Shown: positions 39,093-50,378, counted from the stretch's first letter. The stretch is DNA of 64,000 nt from an uncultured Gemmatimonadaceae bacterium (GCA_963822945.1 CAWGJO010000020.1:544001-608000); one strand, 5' to 3'. Made by a program: numbers and translations. The notes: generated by a model not told the origin, from the letters alone.

Positions 39093-40868
39093 ATGACCGC
39101 CGCGATGCCTTCCTTCGTTCGGGGCATGTTCAGCGGGGCCGTGCACGATGCCCTGCTCTTTCCGTACCCCGACCCACTGGAGCGTCGCGACCGCGACGAA
39201 GCCGCGCGCGTCGGGGGGCTCATCGACTGCCTGCGCGGGATCGAACGCGACCTCGTCGACTCGAATGCCATTGACGAGCACGAGACGGTGCCCGAGCCCA
39301 TCGTCCGCGCCCTTGCCGATGGCGGCCTGCTCGGCCTCACGATTCCCGCCGAATACGGCGGGGCCGGACTCTCGCCGGCGGGATACGCACGGGTCATTGG
39401 CGAGCTGTCGCGCATCGACGCGAGTCTCGCGGTGCTGGTGGGCGTGCACTGCGGACTGGGCGCGCGCGCCATCGTGCTGTATGGCACACCGGAGCAGAAG
39501 GCGCGCTACCTGCCGGGGCTGGCCCGTGGAGAGACGCTCGCGGCGTACGCCCTCACCGAACCCGAGACGGGGTCCGACGCCCAGCACATCCACACGCGCG
39601 CCGAGCGCGGCGCGGACGGCGCCTCGTGGATCCTGAACGGACACAAGCAATGGATCGGCAATGGCCACCGGGCCGGCGTCATCGTCACCTTCGCGCAGAC
39701 CGAGGTGCAACGCCGCGGCGAGCGCACCACGCGCCCCACCGCGTTCATCATCCGCTCCGACCTGCCGGGGTTCAAGGTGATGAGTACCGTGCGCAAGCTC
39801 GGCATTCGCGGATCGACACAGGCCGAACTGGTGTATCAGAACCTGGTGGTGTCCGATGACGAAGTGCTGGGAACGGTCGGCAAGGGGTTCGCGGTGGCGG
39901 TCCACGTGTTGAACGGCGGCCGGCTCTCGCTGGCCGCGGGGTGCACGGCCGCCACCAAGCGGATTCTCGGCCAGATGACGGCGTTCGCCGAGGAGCGCGT
40001 GCAGTTCGGGCGGCCTATCGCCGACTTCGAGATCACGCAGCGCAAGCTGGCGCGCCTGGCGTCGGACACGTACGCCGCCGACGCGATGCTCGGCGCGCTG
40101 ACGGCGATGGCGGCCGATCCGGCCAGCGACTCCGCGCTCGAGGCCGCGTGCTGCAAGGTGTTCGCCAGCGAGCTGCTCTGGCGGGCCGCCGACGAGATGG
40201 TGCAGGTGGCCGGCGGGCGCGGGTACGTGAAGCCGTATCCATACGAGCGGATGTTGCGCGACGCGCGCATCAACCGAATTTTCGAGGGCACGAACGAGAT
40301 TCTGCGGCTGTTCATCGCCCTCAATGGCATTCAGGTGCCGGCCGGGGAGTTGCGGGAGATCGCGGCGGCATTGAAGCACCCGCTGCGTCACCTGGGACTC
40401 GTGAGCGGGTTCGCCGCGTCGCGGCTGCGCAGCCGGCTGGGCGCCACGGGCACGCTCGACACGGCGTTGCACCCGCGCCTCGAAGGGCACAAGCGATATT
40501 TCGAAAAGCACGTGCGCCAGTTGAGCGAGGGTGCCCGCCGGCTGCTCGAGACGTATCGGGACCAGATTGCCGAACGGCAGCAGGAACTGGAACGACTGGC
40601 CGACATGGCGGTGGAGCTGTTCGCCACAGCGGCCGTGCTGGCGCGGACGCAGCGCCTGATCACCGATCGCGGGATCGCGGCCTGCGTGCACGAAGTGGAC
40701 CTCTGCGACCTGTTCGTCGCCGACGCGGGGCGCCGGTTCGGGGCAGCGCGCGACACGCTGCAATCGATCCAGGATGAGACGCGACGCGCGATCGCGAGGT
40801 CCATACGAGACGAGGGCGGATACGCCGTCCCCGACGCGCTGCTGGACTGGCCTCAACGGACGGAGTGA
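39093..40868 (+). CDS. Acyl-CoA dehydrogenase (ACAD9/VLCAD-like)
   Basis: YALTEPETGSD, NG.KQWI.N, KLGIRGS, R.QFG and RIFEGTNEI; extended C-terminus. Confidence 0.9.
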   Translation: MTAAMPSFVRGMFSGAVHDALLFPYPDPLERRDRDEAARVGGLIDCLRGIERDLVDSNAIDEHETVPEPIVRALADGGLLGLTIPAEYGGAGLSPAGYARVIGELSRIDASLAVLVGVHCGLGARAIVLYGTPEQKARYLPGLARGETLAAYALTEPETGSDAQHIHTRAERGADGASWILNGHKQWIGNGHRAGVIVTFAQTEVQRRGERTTRPTAFIIRSDLPGFKVMSTVRKLGIRGSTQAELVYQNLVVSDDEVLGTVGKGFAVAVHVLNGGRLSLAAGCTAATKRILGQMTAFAEERVQFGRPIADFEITQRKLARLASDTYAADAMLGALTAMAADPASDSALEAACCKVFASELLWRAADEMVQVAGGRGYVKPYPYERMLRDARINRIFEGTNEILRLFIALNGIQVPAGELREIAAALKHPLRHLGLVSGFAASRLRSRLGATGTLDTALHPRLEGHKRYFEKHVRQLSEGARRLLETYRDQIAERQQELERLADMAVELFATAAVLARTQRLITDRGIAACVHEVDLCDLFVADAGRRFGAARDTLQSIQDETRRAIARSIRDEGGYAVPDALLDWPQRTE

Positions 40869-40869
40869 C

Positions 40870-41502
40870 ATGCGACGCATTTTCGACATCTCGGTGCCGG
40901 TGGAATCCGGCGGGCTCGTGTACCCGGGCAATCCCGAGATCCGGATCGAGTTGCAGCAGGCGATCGCGAACGGGGCGACGTCCAACGTGTCGCGTATCGA
41001 CTTCGGATCGCATACGGGCACGCACGTGGACGCGCCGCGGCACTTCTTCGACGACGGCGCGGGGGCTGATCTGCTGCCGCTGGACGTCCTGATGGGCCCG
41101 GCCCTGGTGATCGCCGTCGAGCCCGATCTGATGGCCGTCTCGGCGGCGCAGCTGCGCGAGCACGATCTCACGCACGTGACGCGTCTGCTCATCCGGACCC
41201 GGAATTCGGGATTCATCCGGGAGCCCGAATTCCGAAAGAACTTCACCTACCTGGCGCCCGACGGCGCGGAGTACCTCGTAGAGCACGGGGTGAAGCTGGT
41301 CGGGGTGGACTACCTGTCGGTGGAGCAATTTCACTCGGGCCATCATCGCACTCACCGCACGCTGCTCGGGCATGGGGTGGTGATCATCGAGGGGCTCGAC
41401 CTGAGCGAGCCGACCCCGGGAGTGTACGAACTCCGCTGCCTGCCGCTCCGGCTCACCGGCCTCGACGGCGCGCCGGCGCGGGCCGTGCTGCTCGCGTCCT
41501 GA
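40870..41502 (+). CDS. Cyclase family protein (kynurenine formamidase KynB-like)
   Basis: HTGTHVDAP.H, VGVDYLS, IIEGL and DGAPARA. Confidence 0.85.
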   Translation: MRRIFDISVPVESGGLVYPGNPEIRIELQQAIANGATSNVSRIDFGSHTGTHVDAPRHFFDDGAGADLLPLDVLMGPALVIAVEPDLMAVSAAQLREHDLTHVTRLLIRTRNSGFIREPEFRKNFTYLAPDGAEYLVEHGVKLVGVDYLSVEQFHSGHHRTHRTLLGHGVVIIEGLDLSEPTPGVYELRCLPLRLTGLDGAPARAVLLAS

Positions 41503-41556
41503 CGGCTCGCCCTCGTCTTCTCTTCTCTTTTTCTTCTCATACCGGTATTCGAAACG

Positions 41557-42461
41557 ATGCAACTGGCAATGATTGGACTTGGCCGCATGGGCGGCAACAT
41601 GGTCGAGCGCCTGATGCGCGACCGGCACACCGTGGTGGTGTACGATCGGAGCGCCGACGCCGTGCAGAAGGCGGCGGCCCTCGGCGCCACGCCGGCCCCT
41701 GACCTGGCTCAGTTGTGCGCGCAGCTCAAGGCGCCACGGGTGGTCTGGATCATGGTGCCCGCCGGCGACCCGGTGGACGAGACGATCGACGCGCTGAGCG
41801 CGCACATGACGGAGGGCGACGTCATCATCGACGGCGGCAACTCCAACTTCAAGGACTCGATGCGCCGCGCCGCCGCGCTCGCGGAACGGAAGATCGAATT
41901 CATCGACGCCGGAACGAGCGGTGGGGTCTGGGGGCTCGAGAACGGATACTGCCTCATGGTGGGCGGCTCGACGCGCGCCGTCACCCAGTGCGAGCCGATC
42001 TTCAAGACGCTGGCGCCGCCCGACGGCTTCGCGCACGTGGGACCGGCCGGCGCGGGCCACTACGTGAAGATGGTGCACAACGGCATCGAGTACGGGCTGC
42101 TCCAGGCGTACGCCGAAGGCTACGAGGTGCTCCACGCCTCCAAGACCTTCCCCAAACTCGACCTCGAACAGATTGCCTCGGTGTGGCAGCACGCGAGCGT
42201 CGTGCGCTCATGGCTCAACGAGTTGGCGATGCGTGCGTTCTCCAAGGACGCCTCGCTCGGCGGCGATCAAGGGTTGGGTGGCCGACTCCGGCGAGGGCCG
42301 CTGGACGGTGAACGAGGCGATCGACCTCGACGTACCGGCTCCGGTGATCACGCTGTCGCTCCTCACCCGCTTCCGCTCCCGCCAGGAAGACAGCTTCTCG
42401 GCCAAGGTCATTGCCGCGTTGCGGAACGAGTTCGGCGGCCACGCGGTGAAGCGCCGAATGA
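41557..42461 (+). CDS. gnd: 6-phosphogluconate dehydrogenase, decarboxylating, short form (frameshifted as given)
   Basis: GLGRMG, IDGGN, GTSGG and KMVHNGIEY. One extra G at 42259-60 moves [17 protein letters not shown] into another frame; a probable second extra base lies near 42452. Confidence 0.88.
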
Positions 42462-44065
42462 CGGCGGAGACCAAGCGGGTCGCCGCCCGGCCCAAGCGGG
42501 CCCGGCGGCCGAACGGTTCGGAACGACGGAACGCGGACCCCTGCACGATGGTGGTCCTCGGCGCGTCCGGCGACCTGTCGCGACGCAAGCTCATGCCGGC
42601 GCTGTACCAGATGGCCAAGGACGGGCTGCTCCCCGAGCCCTTCCAGCTGCTCGGCGTGGGGCGCGACTCCTACGACGACACCGCCTTCCGCAAGCTGATG
42701 CACGCCGAACTCGAGAAGTCCGACGAGATCGACGGAGTGGACGACACGGTGTGGGAGCGGCTGAGCGCGCAGATCCACTACGTGTCGGGCGACTTCGCGC
42801 AGGCCGCCACGTACACGGCCATTCAGGAGCGCCTGGCGGCCATCGAGGAGCCGCATCCGCCCGAGGCGCGCAACCGGCTGTTCTACCTGGCCGTGCCGCC
42901 GAGCGTATTCGAAGACATCGTGCGTCACCTGTCCTCGAGTGGCCTGGCGCCGAAGGCGGCCGGTGCCGAGGAGCGCCCATGGCGCCGCGTGGTGATCGAG
43001 AAGCCGTTCGGACACGATCTCGCCACCGCGCAGGAACTCAACCACCTGGTACTGGAACTGTTCGACGAGTGCCAGTTGTTCCGCATCGACCACTACCTCG
43101 GCAAGGAGACGGTCCAGAGCATCCTCGTCTTTCGCTTCGCCAACGCGATCTTCGAACCGCTCTGGAACCGGCAATCAATCGCCCACGTGCAGATCACCGT
43201 GGCCGAGACCGTGGGCGTGGAGCAGCGTGGCGGGTACTACGAGGAAGCGGGCGTGGTCCGCGACATGTTCCAGAACCATCTCATGCAGCTCCTCGCGCTC
43301 ACCGGCATGGAACCGCCGGTGACGATGAGCGCCGACGCGGTCCGCGACGAGAAGGTGAAGGTGCTGCGCTCCGTGCGGTGGATGGGCCCCGCCGACGTCG
43401 ACAACTCGGTGGTGCGCGCCCAGTACCGGGCCGGATCGCTGCACGGTGTCGAGGTGCCGGGCTATCGCCACGAGCCGATGATCGCGCCGGACTCGGTCAC
43501 GCCGACGTTCGCCGCCATGCGGCTCTACCTCGACAACTGGCGGTGGAAGGGCGTGCCATTCTTCCTCCGGTCGGGCAAGCGCATGCCCGACCGGGTGTCG
43601 GAGGTGTCGGTGCAGTTCCGCGACCCGCCGCATCTGATGTTCGGCCACGAGACGCGCAAGCTGCTGGCCCCGAACACGCTCGTCATGCGCATCCAGCCGG
43701 ACGAGGGCGTCTCGCTATCGTTCCAGGTGAAGACGCCGGGCGCCGCCTACCAGTTGGCCAAGCAGATGGAGGTGGCGCCGGTGGCGATGGACTTCGCTTA
43801 CCGGGATGCCTTCGGCGACGTGAACCCGCCGGCGTACGAAACTCTGCTCCTCGACGTGATGCTCGGCGACGCCACGCTCTTCACCCGCAGCGACGAGGTG
43901 GAGGCCGCCTGGCGAGTCGTCGACCCGATCCTCGACTACTGGGACGCGCACCCGCCGACCCGCATGGATACGTACGAGGCCGGCACGTGGGGGCCGGCCT
44001 CGGCCAATCAGCTCATCGCCCAGAACGGATTCTCGTGGCGCGAGCCGGATCCTGAGGACGACTGA
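42458..44065 (+). CDS. zwf: Glucose-6-phosphate 1-dehydrogenase
   Basis: [33 protein letters not shown] and RWKGVPF. Confidence 0.93.
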   Translation: MTAETKRVAARPKRARRPNGSERRNADPCTMVVLGASGDLSRRKLMPALYQMAKDGLLPEPFQLLGVGRDSYDDTAFRKLMHAELEKSDEIDGVDDTVWERLSAQIHYVSGDFAQAATYTAIQERLAAIEEPHPPEARNRLFYLAVPPSVFEDIVRHLSSSGLAPKAAGAEERPWRRVVIEKPFGHDLATAQELNHLVLELFDECQLFRIDHYLGKETVQSILVFRFANAIFEPLWNRQSIAHVQITVAETVGVEQRGGYYEEAGVVRDMFQNHLMQLLALTGMEPPVTMSADAVRDEKVKVLRSVRWMGPADVDNSVVRAQYRAGSLHGVEVPGYRHEPMIAPDSVTPTFAAMRLYLDNWRWKGVPFFLRSGKRMPDRVSEVSVQFRDPPHLMFGHETRKLLAPNTLVMRIQPDEGVSLSFQVKTPGAAYQLAKQMEVAPVAMDFAYRDAFGDVNPPAYETLLLDVMLGDATLFTRSDEVEAAWRVVDPILDYWDAHPPTRMDTYEAGTWGPASANQLIAQNGFSWREPDPEDD

Positions 44066-44092
44066 AGCGGCAACCCGACGACCGGCGGCGCG

Positions 44093-44848
44093 TCAGCGCC
44101 CGCCGCCGTCGTGGTCCCGGTCTCCCCCGCCCGGGCGGCGGCGCACGGGAGCGTACTGGCGGCGTAGCATCATGCTGGCGCTGAGCGTATCGCCCCATGC
44201 TTCGGTGACCCGCGCCGAGACGACGTGGTCGAGCAGCGGGAATTTTCGCTTGAGGTACGCGTTGCCCTGCAGTTCGATCGAGTCCTGCGATGGGCCCGTG
44301 CCGCGCGGCGGCCCCTGGCCATAGCCGCTGTAGAGCGAATCGACGACGTTCATGCCCTTGATCACCTGTGCGATGGGCGGGAATCCGATCCCGCCCAGCG
44401 TGTCGAGCCGGGCGTTGTCGCGCTCGTTGACGTACAACTGCACCGTGCGCGACTGCGGCCCGCTGCGCGCGAACGCGATCATGCCGCGCCGGTTGCTCCG
44501 CATCACGGGATCGTCGGCGATGCGCCGATGGCGCCACTCCGCGTTCACCACGGGGTTGCCCGAGATGCCCCACTGGGCCAGCGACCCCTTCACGACGCGG
44601 AAGAAATACGTGTCGTCGTAGTACCCGTTGGTTACCAGGAAGTAGAACCGGTCGACGCCGAACGGCGACCAGTCGCGATGCGCGATCACCAGGAACGGGC
44701 CGCGCGTGGTCTGGAACTCGACGCGGAAGCTGTCCGGCGCCGGCGTCATGAGTTCCTCGGGCGTCGGTTCGAGCAGCGGAGAGCGGTGCGAGCACCCGAC
44801 AATGGCCGTGCTCACGGCGAATACTGCGAGTACCGCGAAACGTCGCAT
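44093..44848 (-). CDS. Cyclophilin-type peptidyl-prolyl isomerase (lipoprotein)
   Basis: Lipobox IVGC; GYYD...FFRVV...AQWG, SN.RG.I.FA and RTVQLYVN. Confidence 0.85.
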   Translation of the reverse strand: MRRFAVLAVFAVSTAIVGCSHRSPLLEPTPEELMTPAPDSFRVEFQTTRGPFLVIAHRDWSPFGVDRFYFLVTNGYYDDTYFFRVVKGSLAQWGISGNPVVNAEWRHRRIADDPVMRSNRRGMIAFARSGPQSRTVQLYVNERDNARLDTLGGIGFPPIAQVIKGMNVVDSLYSGYGQGPPRGTGPSQDSIELQGNAYLKRKFPLLDHVVSARVTEAWGDTLSASMMLRRQYAPVRRRPGGGDRDHDGGGR

Positions 44849-45008
44849 GGGCTGGATCAACATGACCTGAGCATGAGAAGACACCCGGAACGGGCTCCAC
44901 CCGAAGAGGGGTGGGTCCGAATTGGTACCCGGCCGGAGCATCCGAAGGTCCGCGGAAGTGCGGTGAAGCGCATGTTGCCGGGATCTCGAGAGTGCGGCAA
45001 GCCCCTCA

Positions 45009-46458
45009 TCACACGGCGTCGAAGTCGATGTATCCCTGCCGGGGATCGGTATGCACCAGCCGCAGCTTGACCCGGTCACCCACATCCAGACCGTGCTGCC
45101 CATGCACCACCATCCCCTCGGCCGGTGGATGGAAGAGGCGCGCGAAGGTTCCGTGATCGGAGACGCCGGTCACGATCCCGTCGAACACGTCGCCGATCCG
45201 ATGGGCCAGCAACAACGCGGCGGCCACCTTCCGCATGGTCCGCTCCACTTTGTTTGCGGCATCTTCACGTTCCGTGCAGTGCGCGGCGATCGCCGAGAGT
45301 TCGTCGTTGGAATACGGCGCGTCGGTGCCGGCGATCGCGGCCTTGGCCAGACGCTGCGTGACGAGATCCGCGTACCGGCGGTTGGGGGCCGTGGCGTGGG
45401 AGTAGTCGTGCACCGCGAGTCCGAAATGCAGGCCGGGATCCTTGCCCGGCATGTCGAGCGCGTATTCGCCGGGCCCCATGAGCTTGACCACGGTGAGGGA
45501 CAGATCGGGAAACCGCAGTGGATCGGCCGCCCGGCGCGTGCTCAGGAAGTGCGCCAACGCCAGCGAATCGGGCCTGGCCGGCAGGGTGACGTCGTACTGC
45601 TTGGCGAGGTCGACGATCCGGCTCCACCGTTCCGGCTCCCGCACCACGCGGCGAATGCCGGAGCGTCCCCTGGACTCGAGAAACACCGCGATCGCGATGT
45701 TCGAGGCGATCATGAAGTCCTCGATGAGATCGCGCGCCTTGCTTTTCTGCGTGAGGGCGAGGTCCACCACCCGGCCGTCCTTCGCCACCGGCGTGGCTTC
45801 GATGGTGTCGAGTTCCAGAGCGCCGTTGCGCAGCCGCTGCGACTTGAGCCGTTGAGCGGCTTCGGACTGCAACCGGAGCTGCTGTTGGAGCGCGGGGTTC
45901 CCGTTCACCTTCGCCGGCGGTGTTCCGCCGTCGAGCCAGGCCCCCACGTCGTCGTAGGCGAGCTTGGCCTGGTTGCGGATCACGGCACGGTAGACGTCCT
46001 GCGTGTTCACCGCGCCGTGCGCGTCGACGACCGTCTCGATGACCAGCGCGAGTCGATCCTCGTTCTGGTTCAACGAGGTGAGGCCCGTGGACAGCTTCTC
46101 CGGGAGCATCGGAAACACCTCGACCCCCGTGTACACCGACGTGGAGTTGGCGCGGGCATGTGCGTCGAGCGGCGAGTCCTTGGGCACCAGCGCGTCCACG
46201 TCGGCAATGGCGACGAGCAAGCCGGATGCAATCGCCGGGCAGCTGCTCGGCCGCTTCGGCCTGGTCCAGATCGAGCGACGAATCGTTGTCGATGGAGGAC
46301 CAGAGCATCTGGCGGAGGTCGCGTGCGCCGGACGGGATGGGCGCCGGCGCCGTGAGCGCGTCCAGCTGGCGTCGGGCGTCGCCGGGATAGGCCGGCTCGA
46401 ATCCGTACTTGGCGGCCACACGTCTGGCCGCGGCATCGAGATCGAAATTGCCGGGCAC
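45009..46458 (-). CDS. RNB-domain ribonuclease (RNase II/R family), frameshifted as given near 46221; start uncertain
   Basis: WSSIDND.S.DLDQ in one frame joins LLVAIADV..IEDFMI..HFGLA...YSHATAPNRRYADL in another after removing one base. Confidence 0.85.
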
Positions 46459-46571
46459 CCCGTGCTTCGGCGCATGGTTGGGGTCGCGGTGGCCGTGGTT
46501 GGAAATACGCGTGCTCCGATGGAGGTGAAGGGCGGTTGTGTGAATCTGCCGTGCCCGGCATGATTCGGGCA

Positions 46572-46745
46572 ATGTCCGCGGCCGATACCCGCAAGACCCG
46601 CACACTCGCCGACACGCCACCGCGCCGCGACCAACCGCCGCCGGAGACGTGCGACTATTGCGGCAGCACCGATCTCCACTGGGTCAAATGCAAGTTGATC
46701 TGCCGGAACTGCCGGCAGATCAACAAGAGTTGTTCGGATCTGTAG
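46572..46745 (+). CDS. 57-aa Cys-rich zinc-finger-like microprotein
   Basis: CDYC..W.KCKLICRNC....KSCSDL. Confidence 0.7.
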   Translation: MSAADTRKTRTLADTPPRRDQPPPETCDYCGSTDLHWVKCKLICRNCRQINKSCSDL

Positions 46746-46788
46746 GCCACGCCTGCCAACGCCCACCGTCAGCAGTCGGCAGCCGGCC

Positions 46789-47724
46789 TCATTCGAAATC
46801 GAGTGCCAGGTCCATCGCCGGCGCCGAGTGGGTGAGTGCACCCACGGAGATCCAGTCCACCCCGCACTCCGCGATCTCCCGAACGGTGTGCAGCGTCACG
46901 CCGCCGCTCGCTTCGACGGTGGCGCGGCCGGCCACGAGGGCCACGCACTCTCGCAGGGCATCGGACGACATGTTGTCGAGCATCACGATGTCGGCGCCCG
47001 CCTCGACCGCCGCCTCCACCTGCTCGCGCCGCTCGCACTCGACTTCCACGCGCGTGCCCACCGGCGCCGTCTCGCGCGCCCGCCGCACCGCCCGTGCGAT
47101 GTCTCCGTCGAGCGCCGCGAGGTGGTTGTCCTTGATCAGCACGGCGGAGGCCAGGTCGAAGCGATGGTTGGTGCCCCCGCCGGCCCGCACCGCGTACTTC
47201 TCCAGCAGCCGCCAGCCCGGCGTCGTCTTCCGCGTATCGAGGATGCGGGCTTTCGTGCCGCGGACGGCCGCGACGTAGCGCGCCGTGAGCGACGCGATTC
47301 CCGACAACCGTTGCATGAAGTTCAGCGCCACGCGCTCGGCGGCGAGAATCGGGCGGGCGTGGCCCGTGATGTACAGCACCGAATCGCCCGCCTGAACGCG
47401 CGTGCCGTCCTCGGCGTCGATGCGGATCGAGACCTTGGGGTCGAGCAGGCGGAACGACTCGACGGCCAGCGGCACGCCGGCCACCACGCCCGCCTGCTTG
47501 GCCACGAGCGATGCCCGCGCGCGACGCTCCGTGACCACGGTGGCGATGGTCGTGATGTCGTTGAAGGCCCCATCCTCCTCCAACGCCGAACGCACCAGCG
47601 TGTCGAGCGCGCCCGGCGCCAGCGGAAACTTCAGCCCGCTGCGAGACATCTCCGGGATCGAGGGCGTGGACAGCGGGGTGACCATGCGCCGCGCACTGGG
47701 GCGCTCCGACTCGGGCTGCAGCAT
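46789..47724 (-). CDS. nadC: Nicotinate-nucleotide diphosphorylase (quinolinate phosphoribosyltransferase); start uncertain
   Basis: DTRKTTPG.R..EKYAV, LIKDNH, EVE, MLDN, EASGG and S.GALTHS. Confidence 0.93.
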   Translation of the reverse strand: MLQPESERPSARRMVTPLSTPSIPEMSRSGLKFPLAPGALDTLVRSALEEDGAFNDITTIATVVTERRARASLVAKQAGVVAGVPLAVESFRLLDPKVSIRIDAEDGTRVQAGDSVLYITGHARPILAAERVALNFMQRLSGIASLTARYVAAVRGTKARILDTRKTTPGWRLLEKYAVRAGGGTNHRFDLASAVLIKDNHLAALDGDIARAVRRARETAPVGTRVEVECERREQVEAAVEAGADIVMLDNMSSDALRECVALVAGRATVEASGGVTLHTVREIAECGVDWISVGALTHSAPAMDLALDFE

Positions 47725-47728
47725 GCGC

Positions 47729-48745
47729 CTACTCCCCGGGATCACCCACCGGGGCAAGGGCGCTGGTGCCGCCGATGGAGACCATCCGCTCGATGGCTCG
47801 GCGCGCCCGTCGCGCAATGTCGGGTGGGACGGTGATGTGATGCTCGTTGCGCTTCAGCGCGCCGAGCACCTTGGGCAATGTCGTGACCTTCATGTACGCG
47901 CAGGTGGCGCGGTCGTTCGCGGCGTAGAACGTCTTGGTCGGATTCTCGCGTCGCAGGCGGTGCAGGATGCCGATCTCGGTAGCCACGATGAATTCGTCGG
48001 CCGGCGACTGCGCCGGGCGCCGGATCATTCCTTCCGTGGACAGGATCTCCACGCCGTCGCCGTCGACGTCGCCCGACGAGAGCGCCTCGAGCACCGACGT
48101 GGAACAGCCGCATTCGGGATGCACGAGGAACTCCGCCTTCGGGTGTGCCGCACGCTGCGCATTCATGTGGGCAGGATCGATGCCCGCATGCACGTGACAC
48201 TCGCCCATCCAGACGTGGATGTTGTCCCTTCCGGTCATGCGCCGCACGTGCGCGCCGAGGAACATGTCGGGAAGAAAGAGGATTTCCCGGTCGGCGGGGA
48301 TCGCGTTCACGACGTCCACCGCGTTCCCCGACGTGCAACAGTAGTCGCTCTCCGCTTTCACCTCGGCGGTGGTATTCACGTACGACACGACGACGGCGCC
48401 CGGATGCTCGGCCTTCCAGTCGCGGAGCTGCGCGGCGTCGATCGTCGCGGCCAGCGAGCAACCGGCCGCCATGTCGGGAAGCAGCACCGTCTTGCCGGGC
48501 GAGAGAATCGCCGCCGTCTCGGCCATGAAATGCACGCCGCAGAACACGATCACACCGGCGTCGGTTTTCGCCGCTTCGCGCGACAGGCCGAGCGAGTCGC
48601 CCACATAGTCGGCGACATCCTGCACTTCGGGGCGCTCGTAGTTGTGCGCGAGGATCACCGCCTTCCGCCTGGCGGCGAGTGCGCGGATCTGCTCGTGCAA
48701 CTGCGAGATCGAGCGATCGGGAGACGTTTCGGTTGTCGGGCTCAT
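47729..48745 (-). CDS. nadA: Quinolinate synthase
   Basis: ILAHNYE, GDSL.LS, FCGVHFMAE, GCSLA, YVNT, C.VH, HPEC and C.YMK. Confidence 0.95.
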   Translation of the reverse strand: MSPTTETSPDRSISQLHEQIRALAARRKAVILAHNYERPEVQDVADYVGDSLGLSREAAKTDAGVIVFCGVHFMAETAAILSPGKTVLLPDMAAGCSLAATIDAAQLRDWKAEHPGAVVVSYVNTTAEVKAESDYCCTSGNAVDVVNAIPADREILFLPDMFLGAHVRRMTGRDNIHVWMGECHVHAGIDPAHMNAQRAAHPKAEFLVHPECGCSTSVLEALSSGDVDGDGVEILSTEGMIRRPAQSPADEFIVATEIGILHRLRRENPTKTFYAANDRATCAYMKVTTLPKVLGALKRNEHHITVPPDIARRARRAIERMVSIGGTSALAPVGDPGE

Positions 48746-48801
48746 GTCCTTGATATTAGCCGCAGTGTCCGAAGCAATGTTCCACTTGGTCAAACGCACG
48801 T

Positions 48802-50313
48802 TTAGAGCTCGATGTGACGGCCCCGCCATTCTCCCCTGGCCCGAGGAAAGTCGCTCCGGTAGTGGCCGCCCCGCGATTCTCGCCGTCGAAGGGCCGCCTG
48901 CGCAATCAGACCGGCGGTCTGGATCAGATTGACCTCTTCGGTGGCTCCTTCGGGCAACCGCCGTTCGATGTCCCCCAGGGTGGCCAGGGCGCTCTTGAGT
49001 CCGGCGGCGCTGCGGATGATGCCCGCGTACTGCCACATGATCATGCGCACCAGATCGGCCGCGACCTGCGCGGCGCCGCGGTCGTGGAGCACGGGGACGC
49101 TCCACCGCGTCTTGCGTGGCAGCCGGGTCAGTTCCGGGGTTTCCCGCAGCCGCGTGGCCACACGCTCGGCGAACACCAACCCTTCGAGCAGCGAGTTCGA
49201 CGCCAGCCGATTGGCCCCGTGCACGCCCGTGCGTGACATCTCGCCGGCGGCGAACAGCCTCCGGAGACTCGACCGCCCGTACAGATCGGTGGCCACACCA
49301 CCCATCATGTAGTGCGCCGCCGGCGTCACCGGAATCAGATCCCGGCGCGGGTCTATGCCCCGCGCCTTGCAGATCGCGTCGATACCCGGGAAACGGCGGG
49401 CAAATGCCCGCCCGATCTTCCGTGCATCCAGGAATACCCTGTGGCCGGCCCGCTGCTCGCGGAAGATGGCCCTCGCCACGATGTCGCGGGGCGCCAATTC
49501 CGCCTCCGGGTGCTTCCGGACCATGAACCGCTGACCGCGATCGTTCACCAGCATCGCCCCCTCGCCACGCACGGCTTCGGAGATGAGTTGCAGCGGGTTT
49601 TCCGGCGTGTCGAGCGCCGTGGGGTGGAACTGGACGAATTCCATGTCGGCCAGCGTGGCGCCGGCCCGGTGCGCGATGGCGAACCCGTCGCCGGTGGCGA
49701 CGACCGGATTGGTGGTATGGCGGTAGACCTGTCCGCATCCGCCCATCGCGAGCACGGTCGCGTCGGCAATGATCTCGGTGGCGTGGCCCCTGACGCTCGC
49801 CCGCACGCCGAACACGGCGCGGCGCGCCACGATGAGGTCGAGCACACGAGCCTTTTCGAGCACGCGGATCTTGCGGCTCTCACGCACCCGTTCGATGAGG
49901 GCGCGCGCCACCTCGGCGCCGGTCTGGTCGCCGTGGGCATGGACGATGCGTGATGCCGAGTGTGCCGCTTCACGTCCCAGGATCAGTTCGCCCTCCGGGC
50001 CGAGGTCGAACTCGGCGCCGGCGGTCTGGAGTTCGCGCACGCGTTCCGGCCCCTCTTCCACGAGCACGCGGACGGCCGCCGCGTCGCACAGGGCCGCGCC
50101 CGCGGCCAACGTGTCGCGGCGGTGGAGTTGCGGCGAGTCGCCGGCGCCGAGCGCCGCAGCAATGCCGCCCTGGGCATATGCGGTGGCGCTGTCGAACAGC
50201 GAGCGCTTGGTGAGCAGCAGCACCTCGCCGTGCTCCGACGCGCGCAGGGCGGTGTGCAGCCCGGCGACGCCGCTCCCCACAACCAGAAACCGCGTTCTGA
50301 TCCGCTCCACCAT
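48802..50313 (-). CDS. nadB: L-aspartate oxidase
   Basis: GSGVAGL, AQGGIAA, EAAHS..RI.H, QFHPT, SEAVRGEG, HY.MGG and HGANRLASNSL; clustered with nadA and nadC. Confidence 0.93.
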   Translation of the reverse strand: MVERIRTRFLVVGSGVAGLHTALRASEHGEVLLLTKRSLFDSATAYAQGGIAAALGAGDSPQLHRRDTLAAGAALCDAAAVRVLVEEGPERVRELQTAGAEFDLGPEGELILGREAAHSASRIVHAHGDQTGAEVARALIERVRESRKIRVLEKARVLDLIVARRAVFGVRASVRGHATEIIADATVLAMGGCGQVYRHTTNPVVATGDGFAIAHRAGATLADMEFVQFHPTALDTPENPLQLISEAVRGEGAMLVNDRGQRFMVRKHPEAELAPRDIVARAIFREQRAGHRVFLDARKIGRAFARRFPGIDAICKARGIDPRRDLIPVTPAAHYMMGGVATDLYGRSSLRRLFAAGEMSRTGVHGANRLASNSLLEGLVFAERVATRLRETPELTRLPRKTRWSVPVLHDRGAAQVAADLVRMIMWQYAGIIRSAAGLKSALATLGDIERRLPEGATEEVNLIQTAGLIAQAALRRRESRGGHYRSDFPRARGEWRGRHIEL

Positions 50314-50378
50314 GGCACGCAATCAATTGACCCGACGAGCCTTGCGGTACCCCGCGTACGCACACGATTGTTCACGCC

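Noticed and set aside
41557..44055. 832-aa ORF read as one large novel Gnd fusion protein
   Set aside because: Only the first ~234 aa are Gnd; the rest is off-frame translation over zwf caused by the +1 insertion.
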